Of a stretch of 64,000 nucleotides of DNA, positions 29,546-41,403 are shown one piece after another. The stretch's first letter is position 1; each line of letters opens with the position of its first letter. Source of the DNA: an uncultured Actinomycetes bacterium (GTDB lineage: Bacteria > Actinomycetota > Thermoleophilia > UBA2241); assembly GCA_963767005.1 (NCBI GenBank), contig CAVYCN010000002.1:512001-576000 (forward strand). Direction: 5' to 3'. The notes beneath the pieces are model-generated. The model was not told the origin of the DNA. It worked only from the letters and a program-made list of their open reading frames with translations, and did no database searches. Position numbers and translations under genes: made by a program.

Positions 29546-30415
29546 TCAATCTCTGTTCATGTCGCGGTGGCGCACCGTCGTCTGCAGACCCTCGGCCGCG
29601 TAGTGGTCGGCCAGCCAGGCGGCGATCGTCACCGAGCGGTGGCGGCCGCCGGTGCAACCGATGCCGACGGTCAGGTGCGCCTTGCCCTCGGCCACGTAGC
29701 GCGGGAACAGGTAGTCGAGCAGGGGCAGCAGCACCTCGAAGAACTCGGCGCCGTCGACCGACTGCAGCACGTACTCGCGCACCTCGCGGTCGAGGCCGGT
29801 GAGGGGCCGCAACCCGGGGTCGTAGAACGGGTTGGGCAGAAAGCGCACGTCGAACAGCAGGTCGGCGTCGATCGGCACGCCGTACTTGTAGCCGAACGAG
29901 ACGAAGCTGAAGGTGATGCTCTGCCGCCCGCCGCGGTGGATGATCTGCTCGTTCAGCAGCAGCTTGAGCTCGTGGATGCTGATGCCGCTCGTGTCGATGA
30001 TGTGGTTGGCGCGCTCGCGCAGCGCCTGCAGGAGCTCGCGCTCGCGGGCGATGCCGTCGAGCACCGTGCCGTGCCCGGCGAGCGGGTGGCGCCGGCGCGT
30101 CTCCTTGAAGCGCGCCACGAGGACCTCGTCGGCGGCCTCGAGGAACACGAGCGAGTACTCGACCCCGGCCGCACCGAGCTCGTCGAGCACGCGCTCGATC
30201 TCGCCGAAGTACTCGCCGCCGCGCACGTCGCAGACGACCGCCACGCGCCGCACCTTGCTGCCCTCGATGCGGAACAGGTCGACGAGCGGCGACAGGAGCT
30301 GAGGCGGCAGGTTGTCGACGCAGAAGTAGCCGGCGTCCTCGAAGGCGTCGATCGCCTGCGTCTTGCCTGCGCCGGACAGGCCGGACAGGATGACGAAGGG
30401 CATCGGGTTGGTCAT
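29546..30415 (-). CDS. rapZ: RNase adapter RapZ/YvcJ
   Basis: SGLSGAGKT, DNLP, ETRRRHPL, SFGYKYG, DVRFLPNP, GCTGGRHRSV; start ATG 30415. Confidence 0.95.
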   Translation of the reverse strand: MTNPMPFVILSGLSGAGKTQAIDAFEDAGYFCVDNLPPQLLSPLVDLFRIEGSKVRRVAVVCDVRGGEYFGEIERVLDELGAAGVEYSLVFLEAADEVLVARFKETRRRHPLAGHGTVLDGIARERELLQALRERANHIIDTSGISIHELKLLLNEQIIHRGGRQSITFSFVSFGYKYGVPIDADLLFDVRFLPNPFYDPGLRPLTGLDREVREYVLQSVDGAEFFEVLLPLLDYLFPRYVAEGKAHLTVGIGCTGGRHRSVTIAAWLADHYAAEGLQTTVRHRDMNRD

Positions 30416-30948
30416 GTCCGACCCCCACGGCCGGCGGTCGGCAGCGCGCCCTCGAGCTCGAGCAGGCGGCGCTTCCAGGAGGGGTCGTCGCCGTAGCGGC
30501 CGAGCTCGCCGTCGCTGCGCGTCACGCGGTGGCAGGGCAGGATCACCGGCAGCTCGTTGCGGGCCATGACCGAGCCGGTCGCGCGCCAGGCCGCCGGATG
30601 ACCGGCGTCGCGGGCGAGGTCGCGATAGCTCACCGTGCGACCGTAGGGCACGCGCGAGAGGGCGCGCAGCACGTCGGCTTCGAAGGCCGTGCAGCCGAGT
30701 CGCGCGAGGTACGCGTCGAGGTCGAGCGGAAAGACGACCCGCTCGCCGGCGAAGTAGCGCCGCAGCAGCTCGCACCAGCGCCCCTCGTCGACGGCGGCGC
30801 CCGGCGGCGGCACTCGCCCGGGCTCGGGGATGTCGAGCGCCACCGGGCTGCCGGCGCGCAGCTCGAGACGCCCGACGCCGTACGGCGTCTCGAAGAACAC
30901 CTCGCGGCGCGGCTCGTCGTGGGCGGCGGCGCCGTCGCTCGTCGTCAT
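30412..30948 (-). CDS. ogt: Methylated-DNA--protein-cysteine methyltransferase
   Basis: VPYGRTVSY, RATGSVMARN, LPCHRV active-site motif, KRRLLELEG. Confidence 0.92.
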   Translation of the reverse strand: MTTSDGAAAHDEPRREVFFETPYGVGRLELRAGSPVALDIPEPGRVPPPGAAVDEGRWCELLRRYFAGERVVFPLDLDAYLARLGCTAFEADVLRALSRVPYGRTVSYRDLARDAGHPAAWRATGSVMARNELPVILPCHRVTRSDGELGRYGDDPSWKRRLLELEGALPTAGRGGRT

Positions 30949-31104
30949 CTCGTCACCTTTCGTCCGACCGCTCCCCTCGCGCCGCGCGCTGCCCGGCCAC
31001 GTCGCGCGCTGCCCGACCGCGCTGGCGGCGCGCCGCTCGCTCCGAGTCTGCCAACGGCGCGCCGGACGCGGCTCGTCGGCACGTCGCGCCCTGTCCGCCG
31101 GCGG

Positions 31105-33057
31105 CTAGCCGGCCTTGTGCAACTGCCCGTAGATCTCGCGGGCGACCCGGCGCGGCAGGCCGGGGACCTGCTCGAGCTCGTCGCGCGATGCCGAGAGGAA
31201 CCGCTCGGGGCTGCCGAAGTGCTCGAGGATCGCCCGCCGTCGCACCGGCCCCACCTTGGGCAGCTCGTCGAAGATGGAGGCGCGGCGCAGGTCGGTGCCG
31301 CGGCGCTGCCGATGGAAGGTTACTGCAAAGCGATGTGCCTCGTCGCGTATGCGTTGCAGCAGCAGCGACGCGGGGTCGTCGGGGCGCAGCTCGAGGGGGG
31401 TCGACCGGCCCGGCACGAACACCTCCTCGCGCTGCTTGGCGAGCCCGATCACCGCGACGTCGAGCCCGGCCGCCCGCACCGCCTCGAGGGCGGCCGAGAG
31501 CTGGCCCTTGCCGCCGTCGATCACGAGCAGGGCCGGTCGCGCCGCGAAGCTCTCGTCGTACCCCGCCGCGGCGTAGCCGGCCCCGACAACGCCGTCGGCC
31601 GCCCGCGACGCCGCCCCTTCGCCGCCTTCCACCAGCCGCGACGCTGCCCCCTCGCCGGCGCCGTCGAGGCGCCGCAGGCGCCGTCCGACGACCTCGCGCA
31701 TCATGGCGAAGTCGTCCTGCCCCCGCACGGTGCGGATCGCGAACTTGCGGTAGTGCGCCTTGCGCGGCCGGCCGCCCTCGAAGACCACCATCGAGCCCAC
31801 CGCGTGCTGCTCGCCGAGGTTGGAGATGTCGTAGCACTCGATGCGCAGCGGCAGATCGACGAGCCCGAGCGCGTCGCGCAGGCGGACGAGCGCCGCCTCG
31901 CGCGTCGCGCGCGTCCGGGCCAGGCGCGCCTCTTCGTCGCGCGCCGCCTGGCCCGCGTTGCCCTGCGCCATCTCGAGCAGACGCCGCTTGGGGCCGCGCC
32001 GCGCGCGCCGCACCTCGACCCGCGCCCCGCGCCGCGCCGCGAGCACGGCGGCGAGCTCGGCCGTGCCTTCGTCGAGCGGCACGATCACCTGACCGGGGAT
32101 GCTCACCCCGTCGCCGTAGTAGCCCAGCGCGAACTCCTCGACCACGTCGCGCGCCTCGCGGTCGGCCGTGTTCTCGACGAAGAACGTCTGGCGATCGACC
32201 AGCGCGCCGTCGCGCACCCTGAAGACCTGCAGGTTGCCGCCGGGCTCGCCCTGCCAGAGGCCGAGCACGTCGAACGACCCGGCGCCCTCGCTCTCGACTG
32301 CCTGGCGCTCCTGCACGTGACGCACCGCGTCGAGCCGGTCGCGCAGCAACGCCGCCTTCTCGAACTCGCGGGCGGCCGCGGCGGCTCGCATGTCGCGCTC
32401 GATGCTGTGTTCGACGTCGGCCAGCTTGCCGCGCAGAAAGTCGATCACCTGGTCGATGACCTCGAGGTACTCGTCGCGCGAGACGCGATCGTCGCACGGT
32501 CCGAGCGAGCGGTCGATGAAGTACTGCAGGCAGGGCGAGCCGCTCGGCCGGCCGGGCCGCTCCGCCTTGCACTTGCGGTACGGGAAGATGCGCCCGATCA
32601 GCTCCAGCGTCTCGCGCACCTTGCGGGCGCTGGAGTAGGGCCCGAAGTAGAGGTTGCCCGGCACGTGGCGGCCGCGGAAGAAACGCACGCGCGGCCACTC
32701 GTCGTTCAGCGTGATCTCGATGAACGGGTAGCTCTTGTCGTCGCGCAGGCGCAGGTTGAACGGCGGCCGCGCCTCCTTGATGAAGTTGTCCTCGAGGAGC
32801 AGCGCCTCGGTCTCGGAGTGGGTCACGACGTAGTCGATGCTGCGCGCGCGCGAGACCATTTCGGCCGTACGCGCCAGCGGGGCGGCGGCGCCGCCCCGAA
32901 AGTACGACGACAGGCGCTTGCGCAGGTCCTTGGCCTTGCCGACGTAGAGCACGTCGCCGGCCGCGTCGAGCCAGCGATAGACGCCGGGCGCGGCCGGCGC
33001 CCGACGGGCGATCTCGTGCAGCGCGGTCAGCGCGTCGTCTGAGCGTTCGTCGATCAT
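31105..33057 (-). CDS. uvrC: Excinuclease ABC subunit C
   Basis: PGVY..YVGKAKDL (GIY-YIG), FGPY, ECYDISN, DGGKGQL, RDEAHRFA, HhH; start ATG 33057. Confidence 0.96.
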   Translation of the reverse strand: MIDERSDDALTALHEIARRAPAAPGVYRWLDAAGDVLYVGKAKDLRKRLSSYFRGGAAAPLARTAEMVSRARSIDYVVTHSETEALLLEDNFIKEARPPFNLRLRDDKSYPFIEITLNDEWPRVRFFRGRHVPGNLYFGPYSSARKVRETLELIGRIFPYRKCKAERPGRPSGSPCLQYFIDRSLGPCDDRVSRDEYLEVIDQVIDFLRGKLADVEHSIERDMRAAAAAREFEKAALLRDRLDAVRHVQERQAVESEGAGSFDVLGLWQGEPGGNLQVFRVRDGALVDRQTFFVENTADREARDVVEEFALGYYGDGVSIPGQVIVPLDEGTAELAAVLAARRGARVEVRRARRGPKRRLLEMAQGNAGQAARDEEARLARTRATREAALVRLRDALGLVDLPLRIECYDISNLGEQHAVGSMVVFEGGRPRKAHYRKFAIRTVRGQDDFAMMREVVGRRLRRLDGAGEGAASRLVEGGEGAASRAADGVVGAGYAAAGYDESFAARPALLVIDGGKGQLSAALEAVRAAGLDVAVIGLAKQREEVFVPGRSTPLELRPDDPASLLLQRIRDEAHRFAVTFHRQRRGTDLRRASIFDELPKVGPVRRRAILEHFGSPERFLSASRDELEQVPGLPRRVAREIYGQLHKAG

Positions 33058-33145
33058 GTCTCGGGGACGATTATCGCACCGCGCCGCGGGACCGCGCGCT
33101 ACGCGAGCGGCCGAGCCGTCTCGCGGCCGCCCCGCCGGTCGCCGG

Positions 33146-36094
<2,949 letters not shown>

Positions 36095-36255
36095 GAAGGC
36101 AGTGTCACTCCAGTCGGTCGGAAACGAACGGCGACGGGCCCGCGCCGACGGGCAGCGGGCCGGCCGGCACGGGGTCGGGATCGCGCCAAGCGATGCGCGC
36201 CGGCGCGCCGGCGGGAGAGATAGGTGGTCATGGTCGCCGCCCCGGCCAAGGCACG

Positions 36256-38271
36256 TCAGCCAACCGCGGCCTCCCTTCGAGAGAGCTCCTTGCCGAGCTC
36301 CCTGATCTCGTCGCGCAGCTTGGCCGCGTACTCGAACTTGAGCTGGTCGGCGGCGGCGAACATCTCGGCCTCGAGGTTCGTGATGAGCTTCTCGAGGTCG
36401 GCGACCGGCATGGCCGCGCGCTCGCCGGCCGGGCGCTGACCGCGACGCCGCCCCTTGGGCGTGGCCGCCTGCTGCGAGCTCATCTGGGCGATGTCGGTGA
36501 CCGCCTTGACGATACTGCGCGGCGTGATGCCGTGGTCGTCATTGTAGGCCATCTGCCGGCCGCGGCGGCGGTTCGTCTCGTCGATCGCGCTGCGCATGGC
36601 CTCGGTCACGCGGTCGGCGTACATGACGACCGTGCCGTTCACGTTGCGGGCCGCCCGGCCGATCGTCTGGATGAGGCTCGTCTGGCCGCGCAGGAAGCCC
36701 TCCTTGTCGGCGTCGAGGATGGCGACGAGCGTGACCTCGGGCATGTCGATGCCCTCGCGCAGCAGGTTGATGCCGACCAGGATGTCGAATTCGCCGAGGC
36801 GCAGCTCACGCACGATCTCGAGGCGCTGCAGCGTGTCGATCTCGCTGTGCAGGTAGCGCACGCGGAAGCCGTTCTCGACGAGGTAGTCGGTGAGGTCCTC
36901 GGCCATGCGTTTGGTGAGCGTGGTCACCAGCACGCGCTCGTCGCGCTCGATACGCCGCCGCGCCTCGTTCATGAGGTCGTCGATCTGGCCGGTCGTGGGT
37001 CGCACCTCGACCTGGGGGTCGACGAGGCCGGTCGGACGGATGATCTGCTCGGCGATGTTGACGCTCTCGCGCAGCTCGAACGGTCCGGGCGTGGCGGACA
37101 CGAAGACGATCTGGGGCACCTTGGTGATGAACTCGTCGAAGCGCAGCGGCCGGTTGTCGAGGGCGCTCGGCAGGCGGAAGCCGTAGTCGACCAGTGTCTG
37201 CTTGCGCGAGCGGTCGCCTTCGTACATGCCGTGGATCTGGGGCACCGTCATGTGCGACTCGTCGATGAACACGAGGTAGTCGTCGGGGAAGAAGTCGAGC
37301 AGGCAGTTGGGGGTGGCCCCGGGCTGCTTGCCGAGCAGGATGCGCGAGTAGTTCTCGATGCCGTTGCAGAAGCCCATCTCGCGCAGCATCTCCATGTCGT
37401 ACTGGGTGCGCTGGCGCAGGCGGTGCGATTCGAGCACCTTGCCGTGCTCGTCGAACCACGCGCAGCGCTCGTCGAGCTCGCGCCGCATCTCGGTCAGCGC
37501 CCGCTCGATCGCGGGGCCGCTCGTGACGAAGTGCGTCGCCGGGTACACAGCGACGTAGGCCGGCTTGTCGACGACTTCGCCGCTCACCGGGTCGTAGCGC
37601 ACGATGGTCTCGATCTCGTCGCCCCAGAGCTCGACCCGCAGGAGCGTGTCCTCGTCGGCCGGCCAGACTTCGAACGAGTCGCCCCGCACGCGGAACTTGC
37701 CGCGCGTGGGCTCGTAGTCGTTGCGCTGGTACTGGATGTCGACCAGCTTGCGCAGCACGGCGTCGCGGTCGATGTGGTCGCCGGTGCGCAGCAGCACGAC
37801 GCTCTGCAGGTAGTCGTCGGGCGAGCCCAGACCGAAGATGCAGCTCACGCTCGCCACGATCACGGTATCGCGTCGCATGAGCAGCGCGTTGGTGGCGGCG
37901 TGGCGCAGCCGGTCGATCTCGTCGTTGATCGACGAGTCCTTCTCGATGTAGAGGTCCTGCTGAGGCACGTAGGCTTCGGGCTGGTAGTAGTCGTAATAGC
38001 TCACGAAGTACTCGACCGCGCTGCCCGGCAGGAACTCGCGGAACTCGTTGCAGAGCTGCGCCGCGAGCGTCTTGTTGTGGGCGATCACGAGCGTCGGCTT
38101 GCGCGCCCGGGCGATGACGTTGGCCATGGTGAAGGTCTTGCCGGAGCCGGTGACGCCGAGCAGGGTCTGGAACCGGTCGCCGCGGGCCACGCCGGCGGTC
38201 AGGCTGTCGACGGCCTGCGGCTGGTCGCCGGTCAGCGCATACCCGGCCTCGATCTGGAAGGTATCGGTCAC
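36256..38271 (-). CDS. uvrB: Excinuclease ABC subunit B
   Basis: [19 protein letters not shown] beta-hairpin, [13 protein letters not shown]-terminal UVR domain; start GTG 38271. Confidence 0.98.
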   Translation of the reverse strand: MTDTFQIEAGYALTGDQPQAVDSLTAGVARGDRFQTLLGVTGSGKTFTMANVIARARKPTLVIAHNKTLAAQLCNEFREFLPGSAVEYFVSYYDYYQPEAYVPQQDLYIEKDSSINDEIDRLRHAATNALLMRRDTVIVASVSCIFGLGSPDDYLQSVVLLRTGDHIDRDAVLRKLVDIQYQRNDYEPTRGKFRVRGDSFEVWPADEDTLLRVELWGDEIETIVRYDPVSGEVVDKPAYVAVYPATHFVTSGPAIERALTEMRRELDERCAWFDEHGKVLESHRLRQRTQYDMEMLREMGFCNGIENYSRILLGKQPGATPNCLLDFFPDDYLVFIDESHMTVPQIHGMYEGDRSRKQTLVDYGFRLPSALDNRPLRFDEFITKVPQIVFVSATPGPFELRESVNIAEQIIRPTGLVDPQVEVRPTTGQIDDLMNEARRRIERDERVLVTTLTKRMAEDLTDYLVENGFRVRYLHSEIDTLQRLEIVRELRLGEFDILVGINLLREGIDMPEVTLVAILDADKEGFLRGQTSLIQTIGRAARNVNGTVVMYADRVTEAMRSAIDETNRRRGRQMAYNDDHGITPRSIVKAVTDIAQMSSQQAATPKGRRRGQRPAGERAAMPVADLEKLITNLEAEMFAAADQLKFEYAAKLRDEIRELGKELSRREAAVG

Positions 38272-38324
38272 GTGGTCGTCTTTCGTGTCGCGCGCGCCGC
38301 GGCCGTACGCCCGGCCGCGGCAAG

Positions 38325-38353
38325 ATGCTAGCAGAGCGAACGTACGTTCGCAA
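38325..38353 (-). promoter_or_regulatory. uvrB promoter with LexA (Cheo/SOS) box
   Basis: Perfect palindrome GCGAAC-GTAC-GTTCGC (38336-38351) fits GAAC-N4-GTTC and overlaps TTGCGA-17 nt-TAGCAT. Confidence 0.85.
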
Positions 38354-38369
38354 TGCCCGCCGTGACGGC

Positions 38370-38951
38370 TCAGCCCCCGGGCGGCGGGCCGAGGCTCGAC
38401 CCCCACGCGCGCCGGTACGTTTTCTGCAAGTCGAGCACGGCGGCGACGTAGTCGCGCGTCTCGCTGAACGGGATCTCCGCCGTCGTGAGCTTGCCCCCCG
38501 TGACCGACAGCCACGCATCGACGTTGGCCTGACCGGCGTTGTAGGCGGCGATCGCGGCGACCATCGCGCCGTGATAGTGATCCAGCAACTCGCGCAGGTA
38601 GTAGCAGCCGTACAGGACGTTGACCCGCGGATCGGTGAGGTCGGTGACGACGAAGTCGGTGCCGCCCGTCTTGCGCGCGATCTCCTGAGCCGTCGAGGGC
38701 AGGACCTGCATGAGGCCGACAGCGCCCTGGTGCGAGCTCACGTCGTCGCGGAAGTGGCTCTCCTCATAGATGACCGCGGCCACGAGAGCCGGGTCGAGCC
38801 GGTTACGCGCGGCCGCCGCGTGGATCGCGTCGACGTGCGAGAGCGGGTAGACGATGCGCAGGTACCAGGCGGGCCGGGCCGCCGCCAGCACGCCCCAGGT
38901 CAGCGCCAGCGCCGCGACGGCGAGGCCGACGATGAGCAGGCCGCGACGCAC
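38370..38951 (-). CDS. Lytic transglycosylase (SLT domain)
   Basis: AVIYEESHF (catalytic Glu), [24 protein letters not shown]; N-terminal TM anchor. Confidence 0.93.
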   Translation of the reverse strand: MRRGLLIVGLAVAALALTWGVLAAARPAWYLRIVYPLSHVDAIHAAAARNRLDPALVAAVIYEESHFRDDVSSHQGAVGLMQVLPSTAQEIARKTGGTDFVVTDLTDPRVNVLYGCYYLRELLDHYHGAMVAAIAAYNAGQANVDAWLSVTGGKLTTAEIPFSETRDYVAAVLDLQKTYRRAWGSSLGPPPGG

Positions 38952-38954
38952 CCG

Positions 38955-39740
38955 TTAGCGGGTCGGCGAGTCGTCCCGCCGGCCCCCTTCCGCGAGGATG
39001 GTCGCGTAGATCTCCCCGACGTAGCGCCGCAGGTTCTCGCGGCTGCCCACGTTCTCGACCACGAAGTCGCTGCGCGCCGCCTTCTCTTCTTCGGACAGTT
39101 GCCGCGCCGCCCGCCGCGTGAACTCCTCGGCCGTCACCTTGGCGGACAGGCGCCGCCGGCGTGCGGCCTCGGGCGCCGTCACGAGCAGGATGTAGTCGAA
39201 GATGTCGGCCATGTCGGTCTCGAAGAGCAGCGGCACCTCGGCGACGAGCAGCGCCGGCCGCGGCCGGCGCGCCTCCTGCTCGCGGGCCCAGTCGTCGATC
39301 AGGCGCTTGACGTGGGGGTGGAGCAGGCTCTCGAGCCAGACGAGCTCGCCGGCGTCGTTGAAGACGATGCTGGCGAGCGCCGGTCGGTCGACCTGCTCGT
39401 CGTCGAGCACGTCGCCGCCGAAGTGGCGCTCGACGCGCGCGATGATGGCTTGCTCCTCGAGCAGGTGGTGGACGAGCTCGTCGGCCGATACGACGGCGGC
39501 CCCCAGCTCGGCCAGGAAGGCCGTGGCCGTCGACTTCCCGGAGCCGATGCCGCCGGTCACGCCGAGCCGCGGGACGCGGCGCGCCGTGCTCGCGGCGATG
39601 CCGGTCGTGCGGACGGCGCGGCGCTCGCGCGCCGCGCCGTCCGCCGACCGGATCGCCTGATCGTCAGTCCTCGACCGGCTCGTCGGAGGCCTCGCCGTCG
39701 GCGGCCTCGTCGGCCGCGTCGTCGGCACGCCGCTCGGCAC
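38955..39740 (-). CDS. coaE: Dephospho-CoA kinase (start uncertain)
   Basis: LGVTGGIGSGKST, VDRPALASIVF, LHPHV, EVPLLFE. Nearest plausible starts are GTG 39740 or 39728, both inside the end of rpsA. Confidence 0.9.
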   Translation of the reverse strand: MPSGVPTTRPTRPPTARPPTSRSRTDDQAIRSADGAARERRAVRTTGIAASTARRVPRLGVTGGIGSGKSTATAFLAELGAAVVSADELVHHLLEEQAIIARVERHFGGDVLDDEQVDRPALASIVFNDAGELVWLESLLHPHVKRLIDDWAREQEARRPRPALLVAEVPLLFETDMADIFDYILLVTAPEAARRRRLSAKVTAEEFTRRAARQLSEEEKAARSDFVVENVGSRENLRRYVGEIYATILAEGGRRDDSPTR

Positions 39741-41193
39741 CCGCCGGGAACACCTCATCGGAGAGGCCCAGGGTCGGCGTGTCCTCGACCACGGCGGGTT
39801 CGTCGTCGGGCGTCTCGACGGCCTCGGCCGGCTCGTCGGCCGACTGCTCGACATCGACCACCGCGACCGGCTCGGTCTCGACCGCCGCCTCGGCCTCCTC
39901 GGCGACCGCGGCCTGCTCCTCGGCCTCCTCGACGTCCTCGGCCTCGGGCTCGACGTCCTCGGCGACCTCGGTCTCGAGCTCGACGTCCCCGGCCTCGGGC
40001 TCGACGTCCTCGGCCGTATCGGGCTCGACCCGCCGCATGGGCTCGACCTGCTGGCCCTCGACGCGCTTGATGGAGAGGCTCAGGCGGCGCCGGTCGGAGT
40101 CGATCTCGATGACCTTGACCTGCACCTGCTGGCTGACGGAGACGACTTCGTCGGGACGCTCGACGTGACGGTTGGCGAGCTCCGAGATGTGGACGAGGCC
40201 CTCGATGCCCTCGTAGATCTCGACGAACGCGCCGAAGGCCACGATCTTGGTGACGCGGCCCTGCACGACGTCGCCGATACGGTGCTCGGCCACGATCTTC
40301 TGCCACGGGTCTTCCTGGGTCTGCTTGAGGCCCAGGCTGATGCGCTGGCGGTCGCGGTCGATGTCCAGGACCTTGACCTTGACCTCCTGGTTGACCTGCA
40401 GCACCTCGGACGGGTGGTTGATGTGCGTCCAGGACAGCTCGGAGATGTGGATGAGGCCGTCGATGCCGTCGAGGTCAACGAACGCGCCGAAGTCGACGAT
40501 GTTCGAGATGGTGCCCGTGACGATGTCGCCGACGTTGAGCTCGTCGATGATCTGCTGACGGACCTCTTTGCGCTCCTCCTCGAGGACCGCGCGGCGCGAG
40601 AGCACGACGTTGTTGCGGTTGCGGTTCATCTCGATGACGCGACAGGAGAGCTCCTGACCGACGTACTCGGAGAGGTCCTGGACACGGCGGATGTCGACGA
40701 GCGAGGCCGGCAGGAAGCCGCGTACGCCGAGGTCGAGGATCAGCCCGCCCTTGACGACCTCGATGACCGTGCCCTGGACCGGCACGCCACTCTCGTGCGC
40801 CTCTTCGATGCGCTTCCAGGCCTTCTCGAAGCGGGCCCGCTTCTTGGACAGGATCAGGCGCCCGTCGGCGTCCTCTTTCTGCATGACGAGCGCGTCGATC
40901 TCCTCGCCGAGCTGGACCTCTTCGGAGGTGTTGACCGACTTGCGGATCGAGAGCTCGCTGACGGGGATGACGCCTTCGGACTTGTAGCCGATGTCGACCA
41001 GGACCTCGTCCTTGTCGATGCGGACCACGTGGCCCGTCACGATGTCGCCCTCGCCGAAGATGTTGATGGTGAGGTCGTAGTTGGGGACGATCTGCCCGTC
41101 GACCTCGGTGAGGTAGCCCTCGCTCTCGGCGATGATGCGGGCGTTCTCGGCGGAGATCTGGGTGGGGGCGGCTTCTTGGGTGTCTTCGGTCAT
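39664..41193 (-). CDS. rpsA: 30S ribosomal protein S1 (four S1 domains plus acidic tail)
   Basis: EVLVDIGYKSEGVIP, RGFLPASLV, FGAFVDL, GLIHISELSW; actinobacterial type. Confidence 0.97.
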   Translation of the reverse strand: MTEDTQEAAPTQISAENARIIAESEGYLTEVDGQIVPNYDLTINIFGEGDIVTGHVVRIDKDEVLVDIGYKSEGVIPVSELSIRKSVNTSEEVQLGEEIDALVMQKEDADGRLILSKKRARFEKAWKRIEEAHESGVPVQGTVIEVVKGGLILDLGVRGFLPASLVDIRRVQDLSEYVGQELSCRVIEMNRNRNNVVLSRRAVLEEERKEVRQQIIDELNVGDIVTGTISNIVDFGAFVDLDGIDGLIHISELSWTHINHPSEVLQVNQEVKVKVLDIDRDRQRISLGLKQTQEDPWQKIVAEHRIGDVVQGRVTKIVAFGAFVEIYEGIEGLVHISELANRHVERPDEVVSVSQQVQVKVIEIDSDRRRLSLSIKRVEGQQVEPMRRVEPDTAEDVEPEAGDVELETEVAEDVEPEAEDVEEAEEQAAVAEEAEAAVETEPVAVVDVEQSADEPAEAVETPDDEPAVVEDTPTLGLSDEVFPAGAERRADDAADEAADGEASDEPVED

Positions 41194-41326
41194 GTCGGTC
41201 GCTTGCCTTCCTTTCCGGCGTGCACAGGCGGTCCGTCGCTTTCCGGAGGTTGAGCCGGCGACCCAGCTGGACCGTGAAGGGTCGCCAAACTTAGGGATTG
41301 TACCACCGGGCCCGATTTCGTCGCCA
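41194..41326 (-). promoter_or_regulatory. rpsA promoter and structured 5' leader
   Basis: TGG-TACAAT (41302-41297); leader hairpin GGCGACCC-N14-GGGTCGCC; SD AAGGAAGG. Confidence 0.55.
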
Positions 41327-41403
41327 GGCAGACCAGCGTCGCGACGGCTCGCCTGTGCCGTCCGAGCCGAGGCCCCGCGCGGTCGCCGAGCGCCGCCGGC
41401 TCG

